Shown: positions 15,001 through 59,035 of the stretch, piece by piece | Numbering within the stretch: the stretch's first letter is position 1 | Layout of the letters: every line of letters starts with the position of its first letter | DNA from: Chrysomallon squamiferum | Taxonomy: Eukaryota > Animalia > Mollusca | Length of the DNA stretch: 64,000 nucleotides | Assembly: GCA_012295275.1 (NCBI GenBank) | Contig: CM022673.1 | Span: 29,016,001-29,080,000 of the forward strand | Direction: 5' to 3' | Translations under genes and position numbers: made by a program | The notes under the pieces: model-generated | The model's database searches: none | The model's input: the letters and a program-made list of their open reading frames with translations, nothing else | Told to the model about the DNA's origin: nothing

Positions 15001-18000
15001 TTGGTAGAGATTTTGGCTAATATCAATACTGGATATAAATAATATCTTATCTGTTTATTTTGTCTATATGTCTGTCTGTCTGTGTGTCTGTTTATTTCAG
15101 TGTATCATTCTATTTACCTACCTACCTATCTGTTTACCTACGAATAAACGTATCTATCTAGGTACCGATTTACCTACCGTTGTGTCAGGGAAAATGGAAC
15201 TCGGATCAAACTGAAGACAGGTGATAAAATCAGTGATGAAACATTTACCAGCGCAAGCCGAAAAATATTTTTGTATTTTAATACAGAACTGAATTAAAAT
15301 TTTATTCATGAATTCGAGGTAATCGGTAAAAGCCAAGAGTATTTTTTTCTCTCTCTTAGGTCTTTTTTTAATACAGGAGCGATATATAAATTTGTAAATA
15401 TTTATTTCATAATTAAAACAGAACTTTGAAAATATACGGGTCTGCGGTCCTAAAATAATGAGGCTTTATTCCAGTATTAGTTGAATAAACAGCAACCAAT
15501 CATTGCAAGATCAAATTAAAAAGTATGAAATGCCTGAACAAACAACTAAATCAAAGAAAACTGACCACACAAAGCTGTTGAGGTGAATATTATGTTTTGT
15601 TTACATTTCTGATTTTTCTGTTTGGGGCGTGTGCTTCAACAACACCAGTCTCAGCACGCCCTTGGAGCAGTTCAAATAAATATCTGCGTGAGAAAACTTC
15701 AATTGTACTTGGAACGTCTTTGCTGGTTTTACACACGAGTAACCACGGGATCCTTGCTGCGGCGTAGTCTTCCCTTTCGTTATTTATAATTAAAAATATT
15801 ACGAATATCCAAAACAGATGGAGCCTCCCCTTTTCGTACATCTTGGATCCGCTCCTGGTTTGGTTTACGTCATTAAAAAACATGGGTACAAATGAGATCC
15901 TTGTGGTTGCACAGGCGAGTCAAAGAACGTAAAGGTTGATCTAATTTTAGGTAACAATATAAATGCCACTAAGACTAATTCATCACAAACTGCAATACAG
16001 CTTTCAGGAGTCGTGTAAAAATAGATTGCTATGGATGCATGTTTATTTTCTATTGCTCAATTTGTGTTCACCGTTTCTATTTTAACAAATACAAGCGATA
16101 AAATATCTCTTTCTCACTGAATTTTTAAATAAATAAATCTTTAGGATTAAAGGTCATTAGATCTCATATGTGGCTGTTACAATTCAGAATGTAGATAATA
16201 ATGATATACAGAAAAAAAACCTGTTATTTTTAACACTAATACAGCAATTCGTCACGTAAATGAAGACGTAATACACAGAGCTAAAAATACACAAACTGCA
16301 TGCATAATTTATTGAACCTTTCAAGAACACCAAATGTGCAGTCTCTCAAAACAGACGCACACATGGACTGAAATTATTCTCAAGAAATTATCGTAATGCT
16401 ATAACGTACATTCAGCAAAAAATAATAAGATATAAAAGGTTGGCTGCTCTTGTACGGGGGAAATTGTGATTCTTAACTCCTTTATGTCAAGAGAAAGAAA
16501 AACAAATGATAATGACGACCATACTGTAATTCCGCTGGGACCGTCTGAATTCTGGGTAATCTGTCATTTTGGGAGATTCTCATTTCTTAACTTTTTACAG
16601 ATTATGAAGCAGGAAACCGACTTCCAAAAATATTTTCAAATATTATTTTTGGAACATGGATGTTAACATTAAAAAATTTCAATAATATATAGGTTTCCTT
16701 TTGTTGAACAGTTCTATATTTAACAAATAGATTAATTTTGTCGTTGTTGTTGTTGTTGGTGTTGATTATGATGATAATTAAGATGAACTGTATTTTGAGC
16801 AACATAACAGAAGACACACCAAAATCAACGCAGAAATGATGATGATGATGATGATGGCGGGTATACTTATATTACAATGAGCTTTGTAGAATTAGAAAAC
16901 AATATCATATGTTTGCTGAAGACAGTAACACAGAACATAATTTATTAGACATTTGATATTATAATGGTTTGTAACAGTATGAATAACTGGCTTTATAATT
17001 AGAGACACACTAAACAGAGAAACCACACTTAGCTGTATGTATGACTTGATCATAACAGAATGCAGCCATAATATATATATATATATGTGTGATATTTGGA
17101 CACGACATTTATCACGGTACAAACTGCATGCATAATCGTAACATCAGACGAAGCGAGTTATAATTGTTCGTTAACACGAAGAACATTAATAAACATAACA
17201 TTTTTATCCCGGATTGTAAACCGATTCGTAAATGTCTTCGAGAAAATTTACGAAATGTAGAACACTCTGTCTTTCGATGAGCAACCTTTTGTTATCATCA
17301 TTATCGTCGTTGTCGTAACCATTATTACCATTGTTGATGTTATAGTTGTGCTGCTATTGCTGTTGTTCTGATCTATTTTAGATTCTCTATCATACAATAC
17401 CATTTTAGAGACGAACTACTGTTTGTTTTGTCAACTTTCATTATTTTCATTAAAGTTATTTTGCACGCTGTTTTAAAGCCATTTTTTTTTTCTCTGCTGT
17501 AAACACTAAATGTATGAAATGGCAACAAGAATGAGTCTTTGTATATATGAAAATAGTGACGATAATCTGTTGTGATAGTTATTATCAAAACTGACATTTA
17601 AATGTCAGCGGATCGGATAAAATGTCAGTGGATACAAGTGTCACAACATTGTCACGTACGTTACTAAAAGTGATTTTCTGTGGTATTACAAGAATGCCTT
17701 TCATCCGGTACTCATCTGCATATTAGAAATACAAAAACGTAATTGTGGGGGTGTCAACAAAACAGTGTGCAAAACGTTTTTTACAGTTCCAAATGTCTTT
17801 ACATTCTTGTCCTACTTTATCATTAGGAAAGGCCGCCTCCACAAAACAGTAATATAGAAAGAAAAAAACTACTTAGATTTTATTTTCAGAAAAAAAATAG
17901 ACAAAAATACATACAATGAAATGGATACGTTGCTACACGGCTGCTCTAACACAGTCTTACAAACGTCTTTTCTGTCGTAGAGCGGTTTTGTTACAGTACT

Positions 18001-19483
18001 GAAACGTTCATCAACCTTTCAACAGAAAACTGTGATCTCGAGCGTTGAAAAAACAGACCCGAGTCTCGTTCAGTTTGCAGTTTTAGATCCAAACTTCGCG
18101 ACCTCCCTGACACGTGATGGACGGGCGGACTAATACCCTCAATTTGTATCACGCCTTGAGGTTGTGAAGGGCTGAACTCTCGCCAGCAGACTCTTGTACT
18201 CACTGCATAAAAATGATCATAACTCACGTTCACGTTCGTGAAAGTGATACCAGCAAGTCCGCCATGTTGATGTATGACTGCATGCTTGACCACGACAAGT
18301 GGTATTTTGTTTCAAAATTTTATCTCTACACACCCAAAAAAATAAATAATAATAATAATGATAATAATAATTTGACATGATGCCGCACCTGTTTCACAAG
18401 TTTCAAATATTCCAGAGCAATATTCTTTGATTCTGTATGTTTTGTTATCTTTGTCTAAATAAACAGAATACTTGTATGAAGTCAGCATAGGCAGATTCTT
18501 TTTCTTCTTCTTCTTAAATGATAAAAGTTTTAACTTAAGTTTGGCAAAAACAGTTTATCAGTATTTTATCACCAAAATACGTTACAACTTTATCCACAGT
18601 TCAAATACGTTATATGACAATCCTAGATGGACTTATCACTGGATATTTTGGTTAAGCTTTCTAAGATTAGGTGTGTGTGTGTGTTTGTTACAATCATTTC
18701 AAAACATGAAAGTTAATAATAACAAATAAATGAAGCAACACAGAAAGAAGCAAGCAAACAAATTATCAAACAACAAAAACAAACAAACAAACAAACAAGC
18801 AAAAATAAATAAATAACTAAAAAGCGGCGCAGCTAGGCTATTTCTGGATCAAGGGCAGTTTTCTGTTATTTTCGTCTGAGCTGATATTATTGCAAACTTG
18901 CTGGTTCATCGAAAGATTTCACAAGTTAGCGAAACATAAAAAAACGAACGCACTCGCTTGCACAAATATCACGCGCGCGCACACATACATAATGATTATA
19001 AAAAGAAGTCTTGACACACTGGAATGTGCATGTAAATCTGGTTGGTATTCACTGAACATATCTTCTTTCAAGCCGTAGCTTAGCAACAATAGTTAAGCCA
19101 ATACACAACACATCGCTCGTAGTTGAAGCAATATCATATTTATGTTTTGTTATTTTGCCTTTTCTGCAATACAACATGTATACAAACGTGTAGGTTTAAT
19201 GATGATGTTGAAAGAAGAGTTTTTAAGTAGGGCGTGTAACATTGTTTTAAATTTTAAAAAGTAATTTTATAGTCGTAATTTGATCTCTCATCTTGGCAAG
19301 TGGGAGGGGTTTTGTTTGTTTAATTTTGTTTAGATTTTTGTTTGTGATCTCATAAATACGTTTATCTGGAAACAATGCGTGGTTAGAACGAAAAAAAACA
19401 TCCAGTGGAGTATCTGAACTGATCTTTCAGCTAATGATCCCAGCTCTAAGTATTTAATTTTTAACGATTTATTGTAATGTTGA

Positions 19484-19541
<58 letters not shown>

Positions 19542-20010
19542 ATTATTATTATTTATAAAAACCAGTCAGTCAGTATATGTTTCATACATTCACGTTGTCC
19601 ATTTTCCATTTTATTTTATTCATTACTTAACCACTGAGTATTTTATTTGATATTTGATTCTTCCTCCATCCTCGCTTATCTTTCGTATCTCGAGAACCCA
19701 TGATCGGTGTAATTTACTTAGCTTTCTCTCCCAGAGAAAACATAATACGTATTTTTCTTTTTTTCTTTACGTAAACGTTGTGTCAGAATAACATTTCTTG
19801 TGTACGTACGTCTTTCTTGTACTGTTATCTCAGTTCTGTACAAGCATGTCATTTACATAATCTTTGTTTGCTGACACAAACGAATTATACTGTTTTTTTA
19901 TGCTAATGTTTTTTATATTTCTTGCAGACTGAAGATCTATTACTCGTTGCGGAACGAAGGGACAGGGAGTTAGCGATCCATTCAAGACAGATAGGGCAGG
20001 GGGAATCACG

Positions 20011-48380
<28,370 letters not shown>

Positions 48381-48715
48381 ACCCAGTGCTTTTTTAGTTC
48401 CTACATTTTTTGCAATTGAAGTTTTTTTCTTTTTTTTTTTTTTTTTTTTTTTTTTCTTTCTGGAAATTCTGTTTGTACATGTGATTTCAGTAATTTTATA
48501 TTATTCATCGTGTTGTAATATTTCTTTAAAAATGTACAGCATTTTATAATCTAGTCACTCTCTCTCTCTCTTTCTCAGCATAATAGCCTTCTTGAGATTA
48601 TAGATTAGAGCATTTGATATTCTATTTTTTATCATTATTTTTTAATATTATTATTATCAAGGCAGCCAGATCGATCTGCCTTTATTTCACAGCTTTGTAA
48701 AAACCTATTGCTGTG

Positions 48716-49030
48716 TTAATCTAAGAACAATAATGATATTGTGTCTCTATTGCATATCCTTATTCTGAGAGAAAAAATATATATTACGTTACATTTTCCC
48801 TAGGTATATTCTGAGAAAAAAAATAATATCACGTTACGTTAACCCACTACGTGTTTTCTGAGAACGACAATGTTATCACTTCATGTTTTCTCTTAGTATA
48901 GTTTACAGATAACAACGTCATGCCATGATTTTGTTCCGTAGACGTATTCTAAAAAGTATTACGATATCACATCAAGTTTTTCTTAGAAAAGCTTTATCCT
49001 GAGAAGAATTCCGTAACGATATCCACATAT
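48716..49030. repeat. Degenerate ~47-bp tandem repeat in the presumed 3'UTR
   Basis: Recurring ttctgagaa...atatcacgttac...tt(c)ctag-like motif at roughly regular spacing. Confidence 0.45.
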
Positions 49031-50154
49031 TTAGTAACATATTTTCCACTGGTTAGGTTACGATTCAGTGAAGAAATTCTACTATTAATGATATTATTAT
49101 AAGCATGTAAATATATTTCGCATTTCAACAAATTATGAATGTTGATACCAAATGCTTGCGCTTATTACGTCATCTTTGTCAAGTTATCCTAAGTGCGATG
49201 TTCTGAAACTAGCGATCGCACAATGCGTCATATTGTATTTCCTTTTTTCAACATACCACATGTGGAAAAACAGGATAATAATCATAATACAAGAATGGTA
49301 TATATTAAACATGTTATAATTATGTTCCCAAAGAAAAAAATTCTAAAATGGATAACGATAATAATACACGAACTCATGATATCTTCTCATTTTCTACTCG
49401 TTATGTTTTCTGGCACTTCTAAGCGAGATGGTGACAACACAAATGAGTCACGTTGTATCTGGCTTCTCAACACGTTTTCTTCAAAGGGAACATCCGATAT
49501 TTTGTATGCATTTTTATATTCCTCCATTCACCTCTGACTGTGAACTCTTGAATGGACAAGAAGGGATTTACATTTTATTTAAATATTTAAAATACTGCTG
49601 TCTTCCATTTAATTATATTTTTGTCTGACCACAAAAGTGTTTTTGTGTAGTTTTAGGAATTGTTCAACCAGTAATTATTAGAATTTTTAATCTTAGTAAA
49701 CAGTATTAAATGTTAACTGTCTACTGTTTTTTTTTTTTTTTTTTTTTTTTTTGTAGAATATAAAGATAATTATCTTCAGAAATACCAGTTTTTAGCGATC
49801 TACTTAGCAAAACACTTTTTTTTTTTTTAATTTGTAAAACATGTACTGAACCCTTGTAAAGATATTTAAGCTAAACTCTTAAATATGAATTAAAGTATGT
49901 AAAAATGGTCCTTTTTCATTTTTTTAATTTGTTTTAGTGTTTGTAACCATTTAGATATATCATATGTAAAAGTGTTAAAGGTCATAGGATATATATATAT
50001 ATATATATATATATTCTTATTTGTCTTTTGTTTGTATAGATTCCATTTGTAGATGCTTGTACTTAGATATTTCTATGCATTACGTGGTTTGTATTATTCA
50101 TTAAGAAGTTATTCAATACAACTTTATTTATTCATTATTCTAACATTATTATTA

Positions 50155-50195
<41 letters not shown>

Positions 50196-51180
50196 TCCGT
50201 TTGCGACATGTCTGTTTCTGAAAGGAGCAGGGCTTTGTGAGTGTCGATTACGCGAACGTCAGGGTTCTTGTTGGAAAAGTATAATGTAAAGTATTTAACT
50301 ATACCATCCCCTACCTATCCTGTCCCTGCCCGCATATAACGTATTTAACACACATGTACATATGTTCCCAGTTATCGTTTAGAACATTAATGATATTTAA
50401 AGTGAGTGCTTCTTTTTAAAAAAAAACAAAACAAAACAAAACAAAAATAATTACTGTTATTATTAAATGTAATTTCTATATATGGTGCCTTAGTTACTAC
50501 TGGAAATGAGTCTTTACAATTTCATATTTAATTTTATTTTTCACGTTTGTATTGGGGGTTTTTTTTGTTGTTGTTTTTTTAGTTGTTTTTTTGGTTTAAA
50601 CATGTTGCTGGTCTCAGTTCTGTGCTAGTGTGTTACCAGGGTGAAGCAATTTAACCTTTTTCTGTTGTAAAATTATATCACTTAATTTTGTTTCCATCAA
50701 AAGCAATATTTGTATTCAGATGTAGCTTTTTTGTCACCTAATAGTTTGCCGTTTTTGGAAAGTGTTTTAGAGAGACAGACTGTATTACAGAAATTTCCTT
50801 ATTGAAATATTTACCGAAACATCCTACTTATAATAGAGACATCTACAATAATAATAAAAAAAAGTCGTGACTAATAATTAGCGACCAGAAGTGTGAAGAC
50901 CGTACTAGAGATTTGTGATAAACAAGTTCAGCGTGTAAAACCGCAACAGAAAATATTCTTAGTGTAAAATTCAAAGATACATAAAGGAAAAATCTACGAT
51001 AGTGTAACTTCTTGTTTTCAATGGACTGTAATATTGAAATTATCTGTCTGCAATGTTTTGCGATATCAAAATTTCCCGTTTGTTGTAACCTGCAAATTAC
51101 AGTAATTTCCTTCTTTCTGAGATCTACCTGTACGTATAATTTATTTATTTAAATAAATAAATAAAAAATAAAATAAAAAA

Positions 51181-51211
<31 letters not shown>

Positions 51212-52107
51212 AAATAAAAAAGCAATATATATTTATATATATTTATTTTATTTTATTTTAATTTAATTTTAATTTTTTTTTTTTTTTTTTTTTTTTTTTT
51301 GAATTTTCTGTTATAAATGGTAGACGATTTTATTGAAATTTCCTGACTATAACTCATGAACCTTTTGTCGTCATTTCAAACATCAGAGCAACAGCAAGTT
51401 TTGGAAATAATTTTGACAACACATTTTAAATATTACAGAACCAGCAGAGACTGGATGAAAACTCGTGTGAAAGACGCCTGTGTATTTCATGTTCTGTGTT
51501 CAGTTTGTATACGGATTGCTTAGCTAGGTTTCCAGAGTACTAACAGCAAGAGAAACTTAACAAGATTTTCGTCAAGACACCATATCCTTCTATGATAATA
51601 TTTCAATGCAGCTCTGTTTTATTTCCACGTTATATTTCAGAGGATTTACATTTTAGTTAAAAAAAAAAAAAAAAAAATTTTTTAAAAAATAAATAAAAAA
51701 AGAGTGATATGGAAAGTATATACTTTTTAATGTAAAAAATAATTTGAGAAAGAGTTAATATTTAAAATTCATTTTTAATTTATTGCCAGAAAATAATGTT
51801 ATGTTTCTTTTTGTTTGCTAGTATAATTATATGTAGTTTCGTTTTCATGTTTGCAGTATTCTACTATCAGTTCTCAGATAGCGATTTTTATTAATCATTA
51901 TTGAACTGTTTCTTTCCATGTTTGTAATCAGAGTTACCTGCCTTTTCAGAATTCTCTCTGTTAATTCTTGAGGAGGAAGGTGAAAAAAAAAATGTTTGCT
52001 TTAAGTAATTAAATAACTCCGTCTTCCATGTAGGTGTTTTTGATAATAAAATGTTTGTGTACATGTTACAACTTGTTTTTCATTAAAATAATTTATGTTA
52101 GTGTATG

Positions 52108-52538
<431 letters not shown>

Positions 52539-52954
52539 AAGGATAAATTAATTAACCCAAAGGAAAATTGCCTCACTGTGTGTTTCTATCACATGCTGAT
52601 TCAGACGACAAACACTCACAGCTGGAGAAAGCGATTAGAATTTTAAAATGTTCTCCTCACACCGAGTAAATTACGTTAATCTTTGAATCACACCATGACA
52701 CGAGAGTTAAAACAATCAAACAACAATCAAATCCAGCGCATTGGGCGTAACATACATCCTACACATTTAGGCGTTAGGAGTCTGTTGTGTGTATTCCACA
52801 GAGACAGATTACGTTTTTATCTGATCAAGTGCTGTGGATTTTGATTTTACTTCCCTGATCATGTTGGATATTTAAAGGCTTCAGTTTGCAGCTTTGTTAT
52901 CTTTAATCAGTTCTGCTGTTCACTCTTGCAACTGCTGATTTTAAACAAATCGTC

Positions 52955-53530
52955 ATGAACTTTGGAAAATTACTGTCTGTCGTTGTTTGTGAGTAAAACA
53001 CTTTTTATACGTCTATTTTTTTAAATTTTATTTTGTTTATTTATTTCGTGATTTTTTACCCTATTATTACTTCATTTTCTTTTTCTTTACTTTTTTGAAA
53101 ATATTATACACATTTATTTTGTCGTCTAATTTAAATATAAACCAGATTTTAATTATTTTTCTTTTTAAAATGATCCGAATCAAATTGTTAAATATTAGTT
53201 CCCTTTAAGAACAACATGACGCATTAATACAATTAATTATTTTAATACTCCTGTTACTGCGTAGTAAAAACGGTGTCATCTATATTTTTATTAGTAGTAT
53301 TATCGTTACTACTACTACTACTACTTCTACTACCACTACTACTCTTAATACTACTTTTAAAACTATTATCTTTATTATTATTAATAGTAGTGGCAGTAGT
53401 AGTAGTAGTAGTAATGGAAATACTAATAATAAAAATATACATGACACAGATTTTATTATGTTTTAATTGTTCATTTTAAAATATATTTTTTTTGTTAGTT
53501 TGTGTGTTTCTCATTCTTCTTTTTTTTCTA

Positions 53531-53569
<39 letters not shown>

Positions 53570-53871
53570 CACGTAATGATTCACGTGTTTATAGTATTAG
53601 TTTTATTCCCTGATTTCTATCGTGCTTTGTATTACTTATATCTAAATATATCTTATTTGTAATGACTGGTGCAGCTATTTCAATATATTTTGTTTTATTT
53701 TGTTTTTTTTACACAGATATATATTTGTACAAATACAACTGAATATTTGTAATACTAATTTACTTTTACTTTTGCTTTCCAGTTTCTCTTTCTCTGTTTG
53801 CTGCAGTGACCGCTCATCACAGTAGTGGTAAATGTAGTTGTTCCTGTTGTCATGACAAAAAGAAGAAGTAG
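52955..53871 (+). CDS. Secreted His/Cys micropeptide precursor A, 40 aa: MNFGKLLSVVVFSLSLFAAVTA|HHSSGKCSCSCCHDKKKK
   Basis: Coding exons 52955-52988 (34 nt, T|gtgagt) and 53783-53871 (ttccag acceptor, TAG stop). 3'UTR donor cag|gtaaga at 53893. Exon sizes, phase and signal peptide match four neighbouring paralogs. Confidence 0.85.
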
Positions 53872-53903
53872 TAGTTAAACCATGATCAACAGGTAAGATC
53901 ATT

Positions 53904-53955
<52 letters not shown>

Positions 53956-54722
53956 TGTGAGTGTGTGTGTGTTTAAATGTATATAAAAATCGCAAAGAGC
54001 CAAGAACCAAATTTTATGACTGACAACACTTGATAATGTCCACAGTTAAAAAACTCGTTAATATTTGTTAATATTTTGTTAAATGATGTTAATGTATTGT
54101 TTTAATTTTCACGTACGTTGTTTCCTAGTAATAAATACATTTACTTTTCTATTTTGTTTTATTTCAGATAAATTTCAGGGTTTCCACATAAATGTGCCAA
54201 AACTGTTTAACGAAACAATGGGCTGCTGAGCAGTTCTTTGTGTTTTAGTCTTCGAAAATGTAAGAAAATAAATATTATCTTTAATATTGAACTGTGTCTT
54301 ATTTTTAATTGTGTTTTGTCTTTAATATTGTATGGCTTGTGAAATAGATGAAGATGATATCAGTTTTTTCTGATTCTTTCTTTCTTTATTTTTATTTTTA
54401 TTTTTTTTTATAAATGACTAAAAACAGAAAGTATTACTTAAAAGCATTTATTTTTATCTTCAGTCGTATTTAAAAACATTTTTAAAACATTATAAAATAT
54501 TTCACACTGTTTTATCTTCTTCAGTTATAAAATAAATCTGAAACCTGAAATTGACAGAAGATATTTTAGTTTTTAACTGACTTATTATTTAATATAGCTT
54601 TTATAACAGATATAATACAGTATCTTTACTTTCCATACTTATAAACAGCAACACATATAAATACAAAGTGTAATATATTTATGTGTCAAAAATATTTTAA
54701 AATAAATCAATTTTTTCTATAG

Positions 54723-54724
<2 letters not shown>

Positions 54725-54810
<86 letters not shown>
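54725..54810. repeat. (TC)n(TG)n microsatellite
   Basis: Direct reading. Confidence 0.9.
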
Positions 54811-54812
<2 letters not shown>

Positions 54813-54997
54813 ATTACAAAAACGTTTTATAAACATTTGCCTGAATTCGTGTTTATTTACAAAAACGTTATTAATAATAATAAAAAAGAAAGAATGAAAG
54901 AATAGAAAAAATATAATTAATTTATAAATATTACTAAAATGGCTCAGTGTCTTACCCTTGTTAAAAACTCGAGGTAAGAGTTTGTTTTACAGTGTGT

Positions 54998-55438
54998 CTA
55001 TTTCCTCTTGTCATGGTGACAACAGTGACAGCAGTGAGCCTTCACTCCCGCAAACAAAGACACCGAAACTGACCACGAAAACACAACAGTTCATAACTAA
55101 TTATTGTTTACAAATGAAACAATCAAAGTATGCTGAACACATTTTATTAGTAATGGTTATCTAAAGTGTTTTTATTTTGTATTTTTATTTTTGTTTATTT
55201 GTCTGTCATAATGTTAACAAAAAACGAACTCGCTACCTAGACTGAACTATCTCGTTTATTCGATTAGCAGCAAAAGATCAATTATAACAACCCTCCCAGT
55301 GGCAGGGAAAACACATACCATGGTCTTTGATAAATAACTGAATCGGTTATAAGGAGAAATAAACAAAAGGTGGAAACTAATCCTAAGACTTATCATATTT
55401 ATACTGTTGCATTTTTATTTTTTTTATTTTTTATTTTG

Positions 55439-55511
<73 letters not shown>

Positions 55512-55865
55512 GAACATTTTATATAAAGAATCATTATTATTTGTTACTAAAATAATGGGTTAAAAAGCTTCTGTAATGTTACATTTTTTTTTTAAATAAT
55601 GAAGACAACATGAAACCATTTATAATAAATGTTCTAGGATAATTTCTGTTTAAGCAGGTTATTTAAAAAAGGAAGTAAAGGGAAAATAAATTTTAAACAA
55701 ATAAAAACTCTATCTTTCTTTTATAATGTCAATTAAAAATAACTGGAACTAAACTGACGTAAAACAGATTTAAGATTAAAAATTAAAGTGCTCTATATTG
55801 TATCAGTTAATAAGAAATAACTAATACTTACGAACAGCAACAGCCAGCATTTTTGCAAAGTTCAT
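54998..55865 (-). CDS. Secreted His/Cys micropeptide precursor B, 34 aa: MNFAKMLAVAVLSVSLFAGVKA|HCCHCCHHDKRK
   Basis: Minus-strand coding exons 55865-55832 (34 nt, C|gtaagt) and 55068-54998 (ggtcag acceptor, TAG stop). 3'UTR donor at 54955 and TATATAAG near 55945-55952. Homologous to A, C, D and E. Confidence 0.85.
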
Positions 55866-56566
55866 TATTGCTACTTTAAAACGTTAAGTCCGTTCACAGT
55901 AAAACAGTGGTGACTTCTGATAAATCAAACAGTTAGATCTTCATCTTATATACACTCTCAGGAGGAAATTTGACTTTTACTAATGGCAACAGTGTGGCCT
56001 GTATAGGTATTAAAAGAGACCTGTATTATAGCTTTGTACCTTTTATCTTAACATCAAAGAATGACTTTGTTCATCAAATGCTTTGTTTTAGTTTTTTTTT
56101 GTTTTTGTTGTTTATTTCTCTTTTTACCTGTCGCAGTCATATACAACCACGAAATGTGAATCTAATTTGATAACACTGACACCTCTACGTTGGGTTTTTA
56201 TTTATTTTTAATTTTTTTTTGTTTTTTTTTATTTTTTTTAAATTAATTTTTTTGTTTGTTTTGTTTGTTACTATTATTATTTTTTGTTTGTTTTTGTTGT
56301 TTTTTTATTTCATTAAATTTTCATTTTTTTTTTTTTAAGGATTGGTTCAAAAAAGAAAAAGAAGAAAGAAAACGTTCTTTACTATTTCGTCATTTTCATT
56401 TAATTTCTGATTGTATGTGACTTATCAAAGTATTCCAGTTTACCTCTTTAACGTTTAACTGTGAAAAGAAACAAATTAGCGGGATTTGAACAGTAAAACA
56501 CTACAAGTTCAAGCTGTGATGTTTGCGTAAAAATTCACAGGGGATTGTATTATGAGATTTAAAAAG

Positions 56567-56693
<127 letters not shown>

Positions 56694-58338
56694 AAATAAC
56701 TTTTATTAGTAACTTGGGAGAACGCTTATGAAATTTAACTCAGAAGGAATAAAAACATTTTATATTTAAAGGAGAACTCAACATTTTTTTACTCGTTTGC
56801 GTTTGGCACGAAGTATATATATGTATGTATGTATCTATGTGTGGGTGTGTGTGTGAGGATGATCCAATAATGAAATTTAAATAAGAAAAAATATGCTTCA
56901 TGACTTAAACAAAAAACAAAATGCCTAAATTATTATTGTGAAGATTAAATCTGTTTTTTGTCTTTAAAGAGTGAATATCTGTTTATTTTCACGTTTTCCT
57001 GGTCATAAACAACATTATGATACCCAGATAAACAATAATAAAAAGTTCGCCGATGCTGTAAACATTCATTCATTCAGTTACTTACACTATAATTAAATAA
57101 TTAAAACAAACATCAGTCAATGCATATGAATTTATTTACAGTTTTCAAAAATTAATAACGTTTAGACAAAGAGATGCGAAAAGAATGAAAGAGAGAAAAA
57201 GGGATGAATGAAATGTTAATTTATTCATACTTTTCTTTTTTTTTTACACTCAAAAAGGGCACTGTTTTTTTTTTTCTTTTTCTGTTGTTGTTTTTTTAAT
57301 GAAGTTTATATAAAATTACATACAAGGGATAGTTAGTCGAACATTACCAAAGACATTTTGCGGATAATAACTACAAGGACGACAGGATTGTTACGCAGGA
57401 GCCGTAGTTTTTTTAAAGTTTTTTTTAAAGTTTTTAATGTGAAGATAACAATGGTTACCCAGAATTTGTTGCTGTTTGCAAAGACCCCCAAAACAGTTCA
57501 ATATGCGGGACCGCCCAGAAATTTAGACACACTTGGGTAGATTAATGATCAATGATATGCTTGTACTCCGTAAATCTCAGTGTTTTAACAACAGATACAG
57601 TGTTAAATTTTCAACATAAATATTTGTATATATATATACTTTTATTTTTATTTTTATTTTTTGACTGAATGTTGGGGCGCCATGCTAAACTATGTGTTAA
57701 AACTGTAAAATTAAAACAAGAATACACGTACTGTTTATTATATTTCCTTTATTTTTTTTTTAAATATTACAAAATTAAATATTAAACATTATTTTTCTAG
57801 TAATAGTAGATGTTCGTTTCATTCTCCCTGATACCTGTGATGAAAAAGAAAGGAAACACGTAAATAAAATTGTTACGTCAAATACGAGGTATGCATGTTA
57901 AAGTTTTATTATCAAACATCGCCTTTAAATTTCGACAAGAAATAGAAACAAATAGAACAAAAGTTAATTATACTCATACAGCTGTCGATTCACATTTAAC
58001 CTCTCTATAACTGTTAAAACTTTTAAAAGATAAAGTTTATACTATTATTATTTTAATTCATTCGAGGAACCATTTATTTGCTTACTTCATTACTTTTTTA
58101 CTTACTTACTTGCTTGCTTACTTACATACTAACTTACATATTTTATTGATTGATTGATTGATTTATTTATTTATAGTGCAGTTTTTTGTTGTTGTTTACT
58201 TTGTTTTTTTGTTTGTTTGTGATTTTATTTATTTATTTGTTTGTTTTCGTAATTAAACGAGGTGAAAATTATTACTTTAATTACGTATATACCTGTTTGT
58301 GAAACTCGTTGTTTTCGTTTCCATTTTGACAGATTTTT

Positions 58339-58891
58339 TTACTTTTTGTCACAGCAGCACTTACAACACTTGCAGCAGCATTTACAACAACATTTACAAC
58401 ATTTACAACAGCACGCATCAGCTGCAGCCATCAGAGAAACTGAAACTACAAAACAAAGAAACATTCCACTACACACAAAATCATGTTTTTTGATTATATA
58501 CGTTATTATTATTTTTTTAAATTCTAAATCAATAATTTTTTAAAAAATTTAAATATATTCAAATTTTAATTTAAATATATCAAAAATTTTTTTTTTTTTT
58601 TATCAAAAGTTGGTCTCGAAAGAAGGTAAAAAAATTCAAAAAAAAAAAAAGCAATGAATTTTTAATTTTAATAAATAAAGCAATGAATTTTTATTTTATT
58701 AATAAATTAATTTAATTAATTTATAAGGTAAAATTAAATATCAGGCATTTTAAGAAGGAAAATTAAAGCATTAATAAGTGTGAAATTCTTACAGTAACTG
58801 TATTATCTAATAAAAAAGTGTTAGCTTAAAAGTATTTCACTTCTAGTTGGTACTTACGACAGACAACGGTGAGGATTTTGACAAAATTCAT
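58339..58891 (-). CDS. Secreted Cys/Lys micropeptide precursor C, 46 aa: MNFVKILTVVCLSVSLMAAADA|CCCKCCKCCCKCCCKCCKCCCDKK
   Basis: Minus-strand coding exons 58891-58858 (C|gtaagt) and 58445-58339 (ttttgtag acceptor, TAA stop). 3'UTR donor at 58292, third exon starts at 57834 (cag|GTATCAGGGA), TATATAAA at 58987-58980. Confidence 0.88.
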
Positions 58892-58979
58892 GATTTTCTT
58901 TCAAATCTGGTAAATCTACACCTTGTAGTGTTTACTGTTATCTTGTGAGTGAAAGTGTCGATATAGCCCACTGTCAGTG

Positions 58980-59035
58980 TTTATATACAAAACACCAGGA
59001 AACATGAACGAGAACAAACTGGTGGGAGATTATTT
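58980..59035 (-). promoter_or_regulatory. Core promoter of peptide gene C
   Basis: Minus strand reads CTCCCACCAG...GGTGTTTTGTATATAAA, about 90 nt upstream of the ATG. The same motif occurs before D and E. Confidence 0.7.
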
